A stretch of DNA of 64,000 bases from Mobula hypostoma (Eukaryota): contig NC_086097.1 in assembly GCF_963921235.1 (NCBI RefSeq), forward strand, positions 16,182,001-16,246,000, written 5' to 3'. Shown in pieces: positions 36,684 to 49,299 of the stretch (the first letter of the stretch is position 1; each line of letters begins with the position of its first letter). The notes beneath the pieces are model-generated. The model did no database searches and had not been told where the DNA came from. It was given only the letters and a program-made list of their open reading frames with translations. A program made the position numbers and the translations under genes.

Positions 36684-37784
36684 CCCCTGCATGCTTTGCG
36701 GCAATGTATCGGTCGGCAGCCCAGAGAGTGGGGGCCACTGCACCACCCAATCTGCGACGACTCAGTCTAACACACCATCATCAGTGTGCTCGGCGCTGTC
36801 TTCCCGATTCTGGTAAGTGATACTAAACTGTACATACATTATTTCTACTTTATATCGGCTGTGTATTTTTACGTGTTATTTGGTATGATTTGGCAGCTTC
36901 ATAGCTTAAAGGTTACTGGAGAGCGCTTGCGCCATGTTTTTGCTGACGGCGCTTGCGTGAGATTTTCGCTACGGAGAACAATGCAATAATGATTGTGGAA
37001 AAGTATTTCTACTTTATATAGGCTGTGTATTTATCATATCATTCCTGCTTTTACTATATGTTACTGTTATTTTAGGTTTTATGTGTTGTTTGGCATGATT
37101 TGGTAGGTTATTTTTGGGTCTATGAACGCTCACAAAATTTTCCCATATAAATAAATGGTAATTGCTTCTTCACTTTACGACATTTCGGCATAGGAACCTT
37201 ATCCAACCTTCGGATGGCGGGGGAAACCTGTACCTGTGATATTAAACCTGATTCTGATCATTTCTTTCTTAAAAAAAGGAAGTAGAAATTCGCCTTTAGT
37301 TACAAGTGCCAAAATAATTAGCCCACTCCCACTTATTGCCCTTCCCCATAATTATTGATTTCAGTGCTTGAGCAATAGCTCATCTATATGGACCAAAGTA
37401 GTTCAGTCACATAGAATGCATTTGTATTGTCGGCGACAAGTGGGGATATCACATAACTACAGAAGAATTAGTTCCTTGTGATAATGGTTTAAGCAGACCT
37501 GCTCAATGTGCAGAGCCTTATTTTGTAGTTTGCATTCTGTAACGTGCATTTCTGCAAATAGTTTTTGGAACATAGTAAGAAAGTTTTGTTTCCCTCACGT
37601 GATTACATGAAATAAAAATGCTTAAACATAAAGGCAATGATTACTATTTAAAGCAATAACTTTTTCTGTCTTTGTGCTTTTGTCATGTAGACTCGTCTGA
37701 TTCTTTTATTTTCCTTCCATCAATCATGGCTTGGTATTGGACTGAAAGCTGTCCACCTTATGCTCTCTGAGGAAGACACTGACC

Positions 37785-38067
37785 ATGCACAGCCTTGCTG
37801 GAGAACGGCCAACAGGGCAGGATGCTGATCCCTGTTCTCGCCCCCTTTCTCAAGCCCGAGTTTATTTGGAGCAAATTCGGAGCCGTGTGTCTTCCAGCCT
37901 CCAGGAGGGTCAGCAGCCTGCCAGAAATACAGCCTGCAAACGAGACTACTTGGTTGATGCAGCAAAGCAGATCCGCTTAGCACTGGACAGGGAGGTTAAT
38001 GAGGATTATGAAGCTGCATTTAACTATTACAAGAATGGCGTTGATCTGCTCTTGAAGGGAGTGCAAG
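37785..38067 (+). CDS. RPS6KL1: Ribosomal protein S6 kinase-like 1, first coding exon (MIT domain N-half)
   Basis: accATG with an upstream in-frame stop at 37743. [52 protein letters not shown]. Donor AAG|GTATAT, phase 1. Confidence 0.9.
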
Positions 38068-38203
38068 GTATATGTTTTGCTTAGAACTCCTAACTGTTTC
38101 ACTCCAAAATAGTTTGTGAGCCAGCTAGATTAGATAATTAATGAATAACAAGATTGGTGTATGTTGGTGGTCATACTGTAAGTTGTTTTGTCAGTGGGTG
38201 CAC

Positions 38204-38440
38204 AGACACAAGAAAGTTTGCAGATGCTGGAAATCCAAAAGCAACCCGTACAAAATGCTGGAGGAACTCAGCAAGTCAGGCAGCATCTGTGGAAAAGAGT
38301 AAACAGGCTATGTTTCAGACAGAGGCCCTTCATCATGTCCTGATGAAGGGTCTCGGCCCAAAAGATTGACTGTTTCATCTTTTCCATAGATGCTGCCTGG
38401 CCTGCTGTGTTCCTCCAGCAGTTTGTATATGTTACTTTGT
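38204..38440. mobile_element. Inverted pair of Penelope terminal repeats
   Basis: The arms mirror around cccttcatca-tgtcc-tgatgaaggg; hammerhead-like motif at 38337-38372. Confidence 0.75.
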
Positions 38441-40146
38441 CAGCAAGTGAAATGGTCCAAAATGAAAAGCACTTCAGATTCTATTATCAGCATAAGCCAT
38501 CTTCTTTAAAGTGATATGTTTGCAGCTGTTTTAAAGCAGAATCCCCTTGTATACAACGAGATTTATTTTTCACTTGTTTCATCTTCACAGTCTCATTTAT
38601 TAAAAACTTCATATATTATAGGGCTAACTGACTTCTGTCAACATAATAACTTTTGATCACCGGTCTCCAAGTTGGGCATTCTGGTTAAATTAAAAAGCTG
38701 TTAGAAGTTAGAGCCCCAGCTAAGGCCAATTGTGAACCAAGGTTTTGAAATAACTGATCCAGGATTAGGGATAGAGGGCTGGTGTGTGGTCCTTGGGTTG
38801 CAATAATTGAGCATCATACTTATCTAAGGGTTGTTTTATTCCCTTGTAGGAGTAATATAAATGAGTTTAGAGTCCAGCTGAAGTGTCTTGACCAAAATCT
38901 TAACTGTCCATTTCCTTCCATAGATGCTATCTGGCACACACGGTTCCTGAAGTGTGTTGATCCAGATTTCTGGATCTGCGGTCTCGTGTGTTTCCACTGG
39001 GTTAGTTCTGATAGTTTTCATAGTGAGCAGCTTGATAACATCTTTGTAAATTTGTGTATTTAAAAATGGCTTCTTCTCGTCTTTCTTACGATTCCTAAAT
39101 GGTCATTGAACCCATGAACACTACCTCACTTTTTAAAAAAATATATATATCATTTCTGGTTTTGCACTTAAATCTATTCAATATAATATATATACCTAAT
39201 TGATTTACTGATTTTTTTTCCCCCTTTTCTATATATCATGTATTGCATGGAACTGCTGCTGCTAAGTTAACAAATTTCATGGCACAGTGTTCAGTAAATT
39301 GCCATGAAGTAGATGCACGTAGGACTGAAGGATATTAATGAACAAACACCACTCAGTATTTTAATATAAGGAGATTTGGTTTATGGTGGAGATAAGAACT
39401 GTAGAATGAAAAATATCCAGAATGGTTGTTTAGAAAAAATGAAGCATTTTGACAACAGATGTTCACAATGTAGAGTCATAGATTTGTACTGCATAGAAAC
39501 AGATCCTTCAGCCCAGCATATCTCAGCTCAGCCATCATCCTATCCATATTTATCTGTACTAATCCCACATGCCTGCAGTTATTCATACTCTTACTTGGTG
39601 AAATAGCTGTACAGATACCTTTTAAATGTTGTTACTCTTCCTACTTCCACCATCTCTCCTGTGGTTCATTCCAGATACCAACTAGAAAACGAATCTCTCC
39701 AGGGTAGTACTTGGTGACAGATACGCACTTCAATAATAAATTTATTTTGAACGTTGAACTTTGAACTACTCATTATTTGGTTGAATCCTGAATCTAGATA
39801 GAAAATTTGTACAGTTTCACTTCTGGTGATTGAGTTCTTTCAAGGTACCTGGCTGTGTCATCTTGGAAGTTGGAGGACCATTATGGCAAGCTGATTAGGA
39901 CTGACATTTCTCTATTTTGTCTTGGAAATGAAGCAGGAAGAACATTATTAATTTCTCGTATTCTCTGTGTTGAGGGCTTTGTTGGTTTTGAATAATGGAT
40001 ATTGGTACTGGAGAATTTCAGGTTTGCAACGTTTTATACCTAAAGCCAAGTGAGCTCATGAGAAATGAGCTTAAAAGCCCAACCCTCACACTTCATTCAT
40101 GTACTTTGAGTTAACTTTCCCTAGATTGTACAGTAAAGAAAAAACA

Positions 40147-40705
40147 TAAACATGAGAACGTCTGCAAATGTTGGAAGTCCAAAGCAACAAATACAAAATG
40201 CTGGCAGAACTCAGCAGCTCAGGCAGCATCTATGGAAGTGAGTAAACAGTTGACACTTCGAGCTGAGACAAGCCTTCATCAGGACTGGAAAGGAAGGGGA
40301 AAGTAAGGGGGAAGAGAAGTAGGACAGCTAGAAGGTGATAGATGAAGGCAGGTGGGAAGTTAAGGTAAAGGGCTGGAGAGGAAGGTATCTGGTCGGCAAG
40401 GAGAAAGGGAAGGAAGAGGAGACCCAAGCAGAGGAGATAGGCAGGTTGGAATGGGAATCAGAATTAAAATGTTTGGCCATTGAGAAGTTCCACTTTTGGA
40501 GGATGGAGTGGAGGTACTCGATGATGCAGTCCCCAATTGATGATGGGTCTCCCAATTTAAGATGGGTCTCAATTGGTGAGACGGGTCTCTCCAATGTAGA
40601 GGAGGCTACGTCGGACACAATAGACAACCTCAGCAGATTTGCAGGTGAAGTGTTGCCTCACCTAGAAGGACTATTTGGGGCCCTGAATGGAGGTGATAGA
40701 GGAGG
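40147..40705 (-). mobile_element. Penelope-like element 3' fragment
   Basis: ORF 40328-40627 with GIY-YIG remnants (IETHLKLGD..EYLHSI..MAKHFNSDSHS) and terminal repeat with hammerhead-like motif at 40247-40287. Confidence 0.75.
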
Positions 40706-41746
40706 TGATTGGGAATAAAGGAGGCCTTTTCTGGTTGGCTGCCAGTGACTAGTGGTGTTCCTCAGGGGTCAGTATTGGGACTGCTACATGTCACATTGTT
40801 TGTCAATAATTTAAATAATGGAGTTGATGGCTTTGTGGCAAGGTTTGCAGATGATACGAAGATAGGTGGAGGGGTAGGTAGTGCTGAGGAAGCAATGCAA
40901 TTGCAGTAGGACTTAGACAAATTAGAAGAATGGGCAAATAAGTGGCAGATAGACTGCAATGTTGGGAAATGTATGATAATGCATTTTGTTAAAAGGAACA
41001 ATAGTGCAGACTATTATTTAAATGGGGAGAAAATTCAAACATCAGAGGTGCAAAGGGACTTAGGAGTCCTCGTGCAAGATTCCCAGAAGGTTAATTTACA
41101 GGTTGAGTCTGCGGTAAAGAAGGCAAATGCAATGTTGGCATTAATTTCGAGGGGAATAGAATATAAAAGCAAAGAGATAATGCTGAGACTTTATAAGGCA
41201 CTAGTCAGGCCACTCTTGAACTATTGTCGATAGTTTTGGGCCCCATATCTCAGAAAGGATGTGTTGGAGAGAGTCCAGAGGAGGTTCATGAGGATGATTC
41301 CGGGAATAATCCGGTTAACGTATGAGGAGCATTTGGCAGCTTTGGGCCTGTACTCACTAGAATTTAGAAGAATGCGGGGGCATGTCATTGAACCCTACTG
41401 AATCTTGAGAGAACTAGATAAGGTGGATGTGGAGAGATGTTTCCTATGGTGGGGCTATCCAGAACCAGAGGGTGCAGCTTCAAAATTGAGGGTGACCTTT
41501 AAGAACAGAGGTGAGGAGGAATATTTTTAGCCAGTGAGTAGTGAATCTGTGGAATGCTTTGCCACTGACTGCATTGGAGGCTACGTTCGTGGGTATATTT
41601 AAAGCAGAGATTGATGGTTTTCTGATTGGTCAGGGCATCAAAGGAGGCAGGTGTATGGGGTTGAGTGGGATCCAGCTATATTGGAATGGCAGAGCAGACT
41701 CGATGGGCTGAATGACCTATTTCTGCCCCTATGTCTTATGGTCTTG
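40706..41746 (+). mobile_element. CR1 LINE fragment
   Basis: SGVPQGSVLG, RFADDTK, RLYKALVRP and a CR1 3' tail. Confidence 0.9.
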
Positions 41747-41918
41747 TAGCACTTTGGCCACTTTCAGGGAAAACCGTTCTGTCCATTGCACTTCTTAAAG
41801 CATTAGCAGAGAATTGAACGATTGATGCAACTGCGGAAGCATATGGGCCGTTCAACCTAATTCATTTACTATTCTAGCTTGACCAACTTTTATTATTCTG
41901 CCTTTTTTTTAATTGCAG

Positions 41919-42043
41919 TTGATCCAAACAAAGAGCGTCGTGAAGCTGTGAAACGAAAAACGACCCAGTATTTGAAAAGAGCTGAGGAAATATTCGACTC
42001 TCACTTACAGGGAAGCTTAGGAAACGGTACCGACGATTCTGGG
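41919..42043 (+). CDS. RPS6KL1: RPS6KL1 coding exon 2 (MIT domain C-half)
   Basis: Polypyrimidine tract-CAG acceptor; (V)[41 protein letters not shown]; donor GGG|GTATGA; phase 1 to 0. Confidence 0.92.
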
Positions 42044-43055
42044 GTATGAAGAGCTGCATAGAATCTGGCAGTGCACGGCATGTTTTGAGTCTTGTGGGAC
42101 TAAATTCATGTGGGGATGGATTCTAGACTAAGCTCCCGTGGGGGCGGAAAAAGTCGGTCCTTTTTCCTGAGATTTCTCATTTTCCTACACAAAGCTACAT
42201 CCATTCTTTTCTCATTTTCCTTTCTTAACTTGTCATGACTGCTGCAATGAAAATGTCTGATGTTATGTCTGATTTTGTAGGGTTGTATTTAATGTATCCT
42301 CTGTTTACAAGGCATAGGCAAGACTAACCCTGGAAAGCATACTGTTTACTGTTTATGTTCAATGAACAAAGCTTTAGTTGCATATTCCAAAAGAATGAAA
42401 TGCAGACATCTAGCATAGATGGGTCAACAATACAATTTAAACATATTATTTTACCAATGTGTATATCTAGTTTTGAATTAAATAAGAATTGAGAAACATC
42501 ATGTCATCCAGTCACCTCTTTGAGCAACTATGTCAATACACCAACTGCGCGTAGATTAAAATGTGGTACTTTGTTTCTTGTCCTTCCCTAAATAAAAGTA
42601 CAAAGTTCACTGAACAATTGTTCATGATGCCTCTTTTTCTCTCAAGATAAATTGTCTATCCTCAGATTATGTTAATTAGATGAAATTAGAAAAATGTTAC
42701 TATCATGTTAATGTTCATTCTGATTTCTGGTGTCAGGCATAGGTCATTTGGATTTGTCTGTCATGACACAGTGCCATTTCAAGGCTGGATCATTGGTTAC
42801 AGCAGTAGTAATGTACAGTAATCTGCCCTCTTTATCAGTGAAATAATGGTCAGAATTGGTGAATAAAATATTTTTTTCCACTTTGCCCCATTATCAGCCA
42901 CTTGCCCTGAATGGAGAGGATACAGACTCTCTTTTGTACTGTCATTTCAAAGTCTGTTTAGTCTAGTTGAGTTGTTTCTTTTTGGGCATGTTGTATTCTG
43001 AGATAATATCAGTCTTCATTGTCAACTTGCTTGCCTTTCTTCGTTTTGTTTGCAG

Positions 43056-43148
43056 GGTTTCAGCAGCCTGAGGTTTCGGCCAAATAGAATTCTCAGTTCC
43101 CCAGTAGAGGATTTGAAAATGTCAAAGGTCATTGCAATCATTGACAAG
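43056..43148 (+). CDS. RPS6KL1: RPS6KL1 coding exon 3
   Basis: tttgcag|GFSSLRFRPNRILSSPVEDLKMSKVIAIIDK|gtaatt; 93 nt, phase 0 to 0. Confidence 0.92.
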
Positions 43149-43177
43149 GTAATTATTCCCACCCTTTGTCCACAACC

Positions 43178-43482
43178 GTGTTGGCGCGTGGCCAAATGGT
43201 TAAGGCATTCGTCTAGTGATCTGAAGGGTGCTAGTTCGAGCCTTGGCTGAGGCAGCATGTGTGTCCTTGAGCAAGGCACTTAACCACACATTGCTCTGCA
43301 ACGACACCAGTGCCAAGCTGTATGGGTCCTAATGCCCTTTCCTTGGACAATATCAGTGGCGTGGAGAGGGGAGACTTACAGCATGGGCAACTGCTGGTCT
43401 TCCATACAACCTTGCCCAGGCCTGCGCCCTGGAAACCTTCCAAGGTGCAAATCCATGGTCTCATGAGACTAACCGATGCCTA
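43178..43482 (+). mobile_element. tRNA-derived SINE
   Basis: Box A tggccaaatgg, box B agttcgagcc, core gtgtccttgagcaaggcacttaacc; TSD tgtccacaacc / tgttcacaacc. Confidence 0.85.
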
Positions 43483-44519
43483 TGTTCACAACCAACCATG
43501 CCCAGTGACCACAATGTCAATGCTACTGTTGGGTTAACATGCAATTGATTCGTAAGACTCTTGTAATTAAACTGAAAGTTTTAGTGCAATTTCATTGTCT
43601 CTCAAGTGAAATCCGTTGAGTTGTTTATTGACTTTCACACAGCTATTGCTAATTTTCAAAAACTCCTTAGACATTTTCCATGCTAATTTGATTTGAGTTG
43701 GATGGTTATGTTGCAAGTGGAATGTATGCTAGATTTTTGTTACTATTTAGACTTGAAACTTTTCAGTCAGTAAAAGCTGTTCGTTCTTTCCCTTTAACTA
43801 TAAAACCATTTATTAAGTTTCTGTGCAAATTTAAAGAAATGTTTCCTCTGACTTTCCCTTATAGATTGCTGTAGTCTGTTTCCATTTATTACCATAACAG
43901 AATTTGTGATCTACCCACAAGTTCTGCTTTCCCAGAGCATTTTTAGCTGAGTGGTGCAGTCATGTAGCACAGAAAAATGCTCTTCTGCCCACCATCAAGC
44001 ACCCATTTGCATCAATCTTCTTTTATCTATTCTTATCACCTCCCCCCCCCCAAAGATTTACCACTCACCTACAAGTGTTTACTGTGGTCACTTCACCTAC
44101 TGACCCATGTGTCTTTTGGAGGTGGAAGGAGACTGGAGCACCTGGAGGAAATGATGCAGTTACAAATAACGTGCAAAGTCACCAAGATAGCACCAAAGGC
44201 TGAATGAGACTGAGCTCTCAGGAGCTGCAAGCCAGCAGCTTTCCCAGCTGTATCACTGTCAGAGTCTATTCCCAGAATATCCTTATTTCAAAATTCCACT
44301 GTATCTTCATTTTTGCTCCGTCATTTAGTGGACACTTCTCAAAACCCTTCATGGAGTAGATGTGGGAGAGGAAAGAGCTCTTTTTGCTTTCCAAAGTACT
44401 CGGCTTAGAAATTGAAAATTGGATCATATTAAACGGTAGAATAAGGGATATAAATGGCCCACTTCTGTTCATATATTCCCCTAGGTCATGTGCATCTAAC
44501 CATTGCTTGTAATAGTAAA

Positions 44520-44831
44520 GTAAAGGTATCCGTTAGTCTTGCGAGACCATGGATCTGCGCCTGGAAAGTCTTCACTCTCCAGGGCGCAGGCCTGGGCAAG
44601 GTTGTATGGCAGACCGGCAGTTGCCCATGCTGCAAGCCTCCCCTCTCCACGACACCAATATTGTCCAAGGGAAGGGCATTAGGACCCATACAGCTTGGCA
44701 CCAGTGTCGTCGCAGAGCAATGTGTGATTAAGTGCCTTGTTCAAGGACACAACACGTTCCCTCGGCTGGGGCTCGAACTCACGACCTTCAGGTCGCTAGT
44801 CCAATGCCTTAACCACTTGACCACGTGCCCA
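44520..44831 (-). mobile_element. tRNA-derived SINE, same family
   Basis: Reverse-complement match to 43178-43482; perfect 15-bp TSD gcttgtaatagtaaa (44505-19 and 44832-46). Confidence 0.9.
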
Positions 44832-45239
44832 GCTTGTAATAGTAAAACTCTGGTAATCCACCATACATTTGGATTTCCCTGTGGTTTGGCATTTGGTTCA
44901 CCAGGAGATGTTTGCCACACTACTTAACAGGCCCCTGGTTGCTGTGATCCATCCAATCACTGGGGCCCAGGGCCCAGATCCCAAGGTTATGGAATCTGCT
45001 GTAAACTTTATTGTTCTATCATATAACATCTTAAAGAATTAAGTAATTTGGAGTAACTATGGAACGTCCATTGGTGCACAGAATACCTGCTGTGGCTGTG
45101 GCTTCAGCACACCCAAGAATGCTGGGTTAACAGAGTTTACTATAGTTAGAAGGCTCTTTTGCCTGAATCAGCTTGCACGAGTATATTCATTTACTGTCAG
45201 AATTAAGTAATATAGTTATTCTTTTCCACTTTTGTCAAG

Positions 45240-45287
45240 GTGCTGTTAGTGCAGAATCCATCCACAAAGGAGCCTTTCATAGTTAAA
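45240..45287 (+). CDS. RPS6KL1: RPS6KL1 coding exon 4
   Basis: ttttgtcaag|VLLVQNPSTKEPFIVK|gtaagt; 48 nt, phase 0 to 0; ends at the VAIK-equivalent lysine. Confidence 0.9.
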
Positions 45288-46069
45288 GTAAGTATCTGAA
45301 TTTCAAACTGGCCCGAAACCACAGTCACTCAGAACAGATTTGCTGCGTCCCTGACAGTTTTGGCTTTAATAAAAACCTGCTGTGACTGTGGTTTCAGCTG
45401 CCAAACCCCAAACTTTGGAATTTCCTCTGTAGCAGGTCCCATAGCTGCCTCTTTTTCCTCCATTTTATGAATTGGTATTGGTTTATTATTGTCACATGTA
45501 CTGAGATACAGTGGAAAAACTTGTCTTGCGTATTGTTCATATGAAAAAAAAACATTATACAGTGCATTGAGACAGGACAACGCAAAGCAATTACAGAATG
45601 CAAAGTAAAATGTAAAAGCTACAAAGTGCAGGTGTTATAGATATTACAAGTCAATTTTGTCCTTAAGTTGAAAATCACACAGAAATCACTTTGTGTTAAC
45701 CGGACCTCTGTAGTATTATAATGAATGGGATAAAAATCACTTAAGACTGATAAATAATTTCTGAAAATGAGGGTTGGGAGTAGAGAGAGAAAATTTGTTC
45801 TGCTGTCCATAGGAGCGAACATGTGTATGTACATCAGACTTGTTAAGTTAGTTTAATTTTTATGGTACATGATTCAAGCATTCATAATCTGAGGACAGTC
45901 TGTAATATAGTGCATTGAAGTTCTGTGCTCACTATCTTGCAACCCAAGGTATAGATAACACTGTGCCACAGACTGTAAAAATGAAATCAAAAGACAGCTT
46001 TAAAATTAATACAACAGCAAGTGCCTGCACGAGTAATACAGAAACTGCTTTGACTTTTTAAATTATTTC

Positions 46070-48060
46070 ATTTATTTAGGAAGCAGGAGCAGGAATAGAC
46101 CATCTTACCCTTGAGCCAACCTGATCCTCTACCTCTGCTATTTTCCTGCAATATTCCCATATTGCTTGATTCCCTAAATAACCATAAATCTTCCGATCTC
46201 TGTTTTGAATGAACTGAATGACTGAGCCTCCACAACCCAACTTCTTATCCCAAGTGCATAGAGAATTCCAAAGGTCTGCCATCTCTATAAAAAGATTACT
46301 CTTCACATCAGTCCTAAATAGCACAAGACTGTCCCATTAAGTTAAGGAAACAAATATGCTTGCTACATGTTGAGCATTGTAAAATATGTTTAAGTTTCAA
46401 TGAGATCTCTTCTTATTCTTATAAGCTCAACTACTCTACTTAATGTCTCTTTATGGCAGGCCTATCATCATCGGAATCAGTTTAATGATTTTTTTTTTGT
46501 TTTCTGTCCATGATAGGTATATCCGATTTTAGGTAAGGAGACTAATATTGTCGGAGTCAGGAACCATAGAGCACAGAAATGCCCAACCCATCCATGCTAA
46601 TCAAATTGCCTACCTGAGCTAGTCCTATTTGCCTGTGTTTGGCCATTATCCCTCTAAACCTTTCCAAGCCATCTGCCTGTCTAAATATCTTTTAAATGTT
46701 GTAAATGTACTTCCTCTGGCAGCTGATTCCATTTCTCCACCGCTTTTTGTGTGAAACAGTTGTCTCTGAGGTCCCCTTTAAATCTTTCCCCTCTCACATT
46801 AAGGCTATTTTTAGTTTCCTGTACCCTAGGACAAAGATTGTGACCACTTCACCTCATCCATGCCCCTCATCTATAAAGATCACCCCTCAGCCTCTTACTC
46901 CGTGGTAGGAAGCCCCAGTCTCTCTGGTCTTGTAACTCAAGCCCTTCAGTCACAGCATCATTGTTGCAATTCTTTCCTGTACCCTTTCCAGTTCTCACCA
47001 ACATTTTATACAGTTGTAACATGTCATTCCAACCCTTGTACTCATTGCTTATCAGCAAGTGAATCAAATCCCGCCTTCACCACCCTGTCAATCTGTGGTT
47101 ACTACTTTCAGGAAATCAAGTACTCATACCCCAAGCTCTCTCTATTTTATAACATTCCTCAGGGCTCTGCCATTTACTGTGCAAGCCCTGTCCTGATTTA
47201 ACTTGCCAAAATGTAATACTTTGCACTTGTCTGTATTAAATTCTTGGATAGATACATGGAGCTTAGAAAAGTAGAGGGCTATGGGTGACACTAGGTAATT
47301 TCTAAAATAAGTACATGTTCAGTACAGCATCGTGGGCTTAAGGGCCTGTATTGTGCTGTATTGTAGGTTTTCTATGTTTCTAAATTCCATTTTGCCATTT
47401 CTTCGTCCACATATCCAGTTGATCTAAATCCTGTTGTAATCATAAACAACCTTAATTGTTCACTGTGCCATCATCAATTGTAATGTCAACACAGACTTAC
47501 TAACTACATTATCATTCTTCAGTACATACAACAAACAGCAGTGGATTCAGCACTGATTCCTGCACAATCATTTGTCACAGGTCCTCAATCTGAAAATTGA
47601 CTGTCCACTACCACCATCCTTCCACCATTTGGCTAGTTCGCCGTGGATCCCATCTGATCTAACCTTCCAGTCCAAACTACCATGCAGGATCTTGTCAAAA
47701 GGCCTTGATAAAGTTCACATCGATGACATCTAATGCCCTGCCCTCATCAATCCTCTTGGTCGCCCCTTCAAAAAAGGTGGGGAGGGAGGGAATGTCGACT
47801 TAGACCATGCAAGGCCTGCGTCGGGCATTTTCATGCCTTACAAGGGGCAAGTTGGAAGTTTGTGTGGGGCGCCACTCCTTGCACAGACACTAGAGCAATG
47901 TGTGGTTAAGTGCCTTGCTCAAGGACACAAACACGCTGCCGCAGCTGAGGCTCAAACTAGCGACCTTCAGATCATTAGACGAATGCCTTAACCACTTGGC
48001 CACGTGCCCAGCACAAAAAAACTCTAATCAAATCTGTGAGATATGATTTCTCACACTTTC
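46070..48060 (-). mobile_element. Degenerate CR1 fragments
   Basis: ORFs 46076-46324 and 46867-47067 (DLWNSL, MLQLYKMLVR, KRLRGDL). Confidence 0.75.
47775..48013 (-). mobile_element. tRNA-derived SINE with the same head and core but a different 3' tail
   Basis: 47890-48013 matches the head/core of the 43178 and 44520 SINEs; 47795-47885 does not match their tails. Inserted in CR1, flanked by caaaaaa. Confidence 0.75.
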
Positions 48061-49299
48061 TTCCAGCTTTTTCTGTTTAATTCTAGTATCTACAGTTTCA
48101 TTTGTATCCCATCTTGTATCTGAATTAGAGCTTTTTTAGAAGGCATGAACCACAGTTATAATTTTGAATTAGAATGACGACTGAGAAAGACAAGCCAGTA
48201 AATTCCATTTCAGTCACGTTTTCTTATTGCTTTGGCAGTAGGGGAGCACTGGGGCTTGGCAAAGGCAGGACTGCTGATGACATTAGTTTTCATTGTGGTA
48301 ATCCTTAAATACTTATTTCCCAAAATAAAATGCCCAGTGTAAAATCCAAGAACCTAAGCTGACTTAGTCCTATGGTTCATGTGAGGACATGCGCACAAAG
48401 CTTCATCTGATATTAATTACTACTTTAGAAATAGCTTCACCTATTTAACTCTTCTAGAATCAAATGTATTATTTATACTGTCACTATGAAAGTAAGTGGT
48501 AGTTGGATGAGGACATTAGTAGTGTTTTCAGTGATAAGCGATATTTCAAGGATATTGTATTTTGTTCAATAGATGTATGATTGTGAAAGTTTGAAACCTG
48601 ACGCAGATTCCACTCAGTACAGATAGGGTGACAGGTGCTATCAGAGTTGCTAAATCTTCCAGATTAGTGTAGGAAGGTCTAGAAATTGTAGAATAATCTT
48701 GGCGTGGTCATGACTAACCAGTAGAAAACTTTCTCTGCACAGATCTTGCTAAAAGCATGTTTGATTCTGCAAGGTTGTTGGAGGCAGGTATCTTGTGGTG
48801 AAATCTCCCAGAATATGACCTTCCACACAGGCTTGTGGGATTTTTTCTTGGGACAGGATAGTCTGAGGAAATTCAGACCCTCACATTGCAGGTAATTTGG
48901 GTAGCCAGGTAGTGGTAATCTCTGTGGTCAAAGTTCCTCACCTTGCAAAATTTCCAAAACTGGTTACAGTGGAAATACTTGGTTTATTACACAAGAATTA
49001 AATATTTAGTTGATAAATAGTTACCAAGCAGTTAATCAACTAAGATTGATAGTAATGCATTGCTTGATAGATCGATAGAAGAAATTGGATATCAGGTCTG
49101 AAAGTATCAGCTTCGATTCCAATCCAGCAGTGGGAATGGAATTTAATAGCATTGAGCCCAATACCTTGAGTGCTATGATTGAATTGTTCTAGTAGAGAAT
49201 GAGTAGATAATTAGATGAACCCCCTGAACTACCTGTTAGACATTATCATTTAAACCATTTAATGGACGTTGCTCATCTCATTTCAGTATTCACCTCATC

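Larger units (their letters stand above)
33947..37230. mobile_element. Tigger/pogo-like non-autonomous DNA transposon containing a Rex1 insertion and an internal hairpin
   Basis: TIRs caggtgtcccccgc..cgaacgtt / aaccttcggatggcgggggaaacctg followed by TA; deleted transposase-like remnants at ~35920-36310. Confidence 0.75.

Noticed and set aside
43178..43250. tRNA gene
   Set aside because: The A/B boxes belong to a SINE head that continues into a core and tail and is flanked by a TSD.
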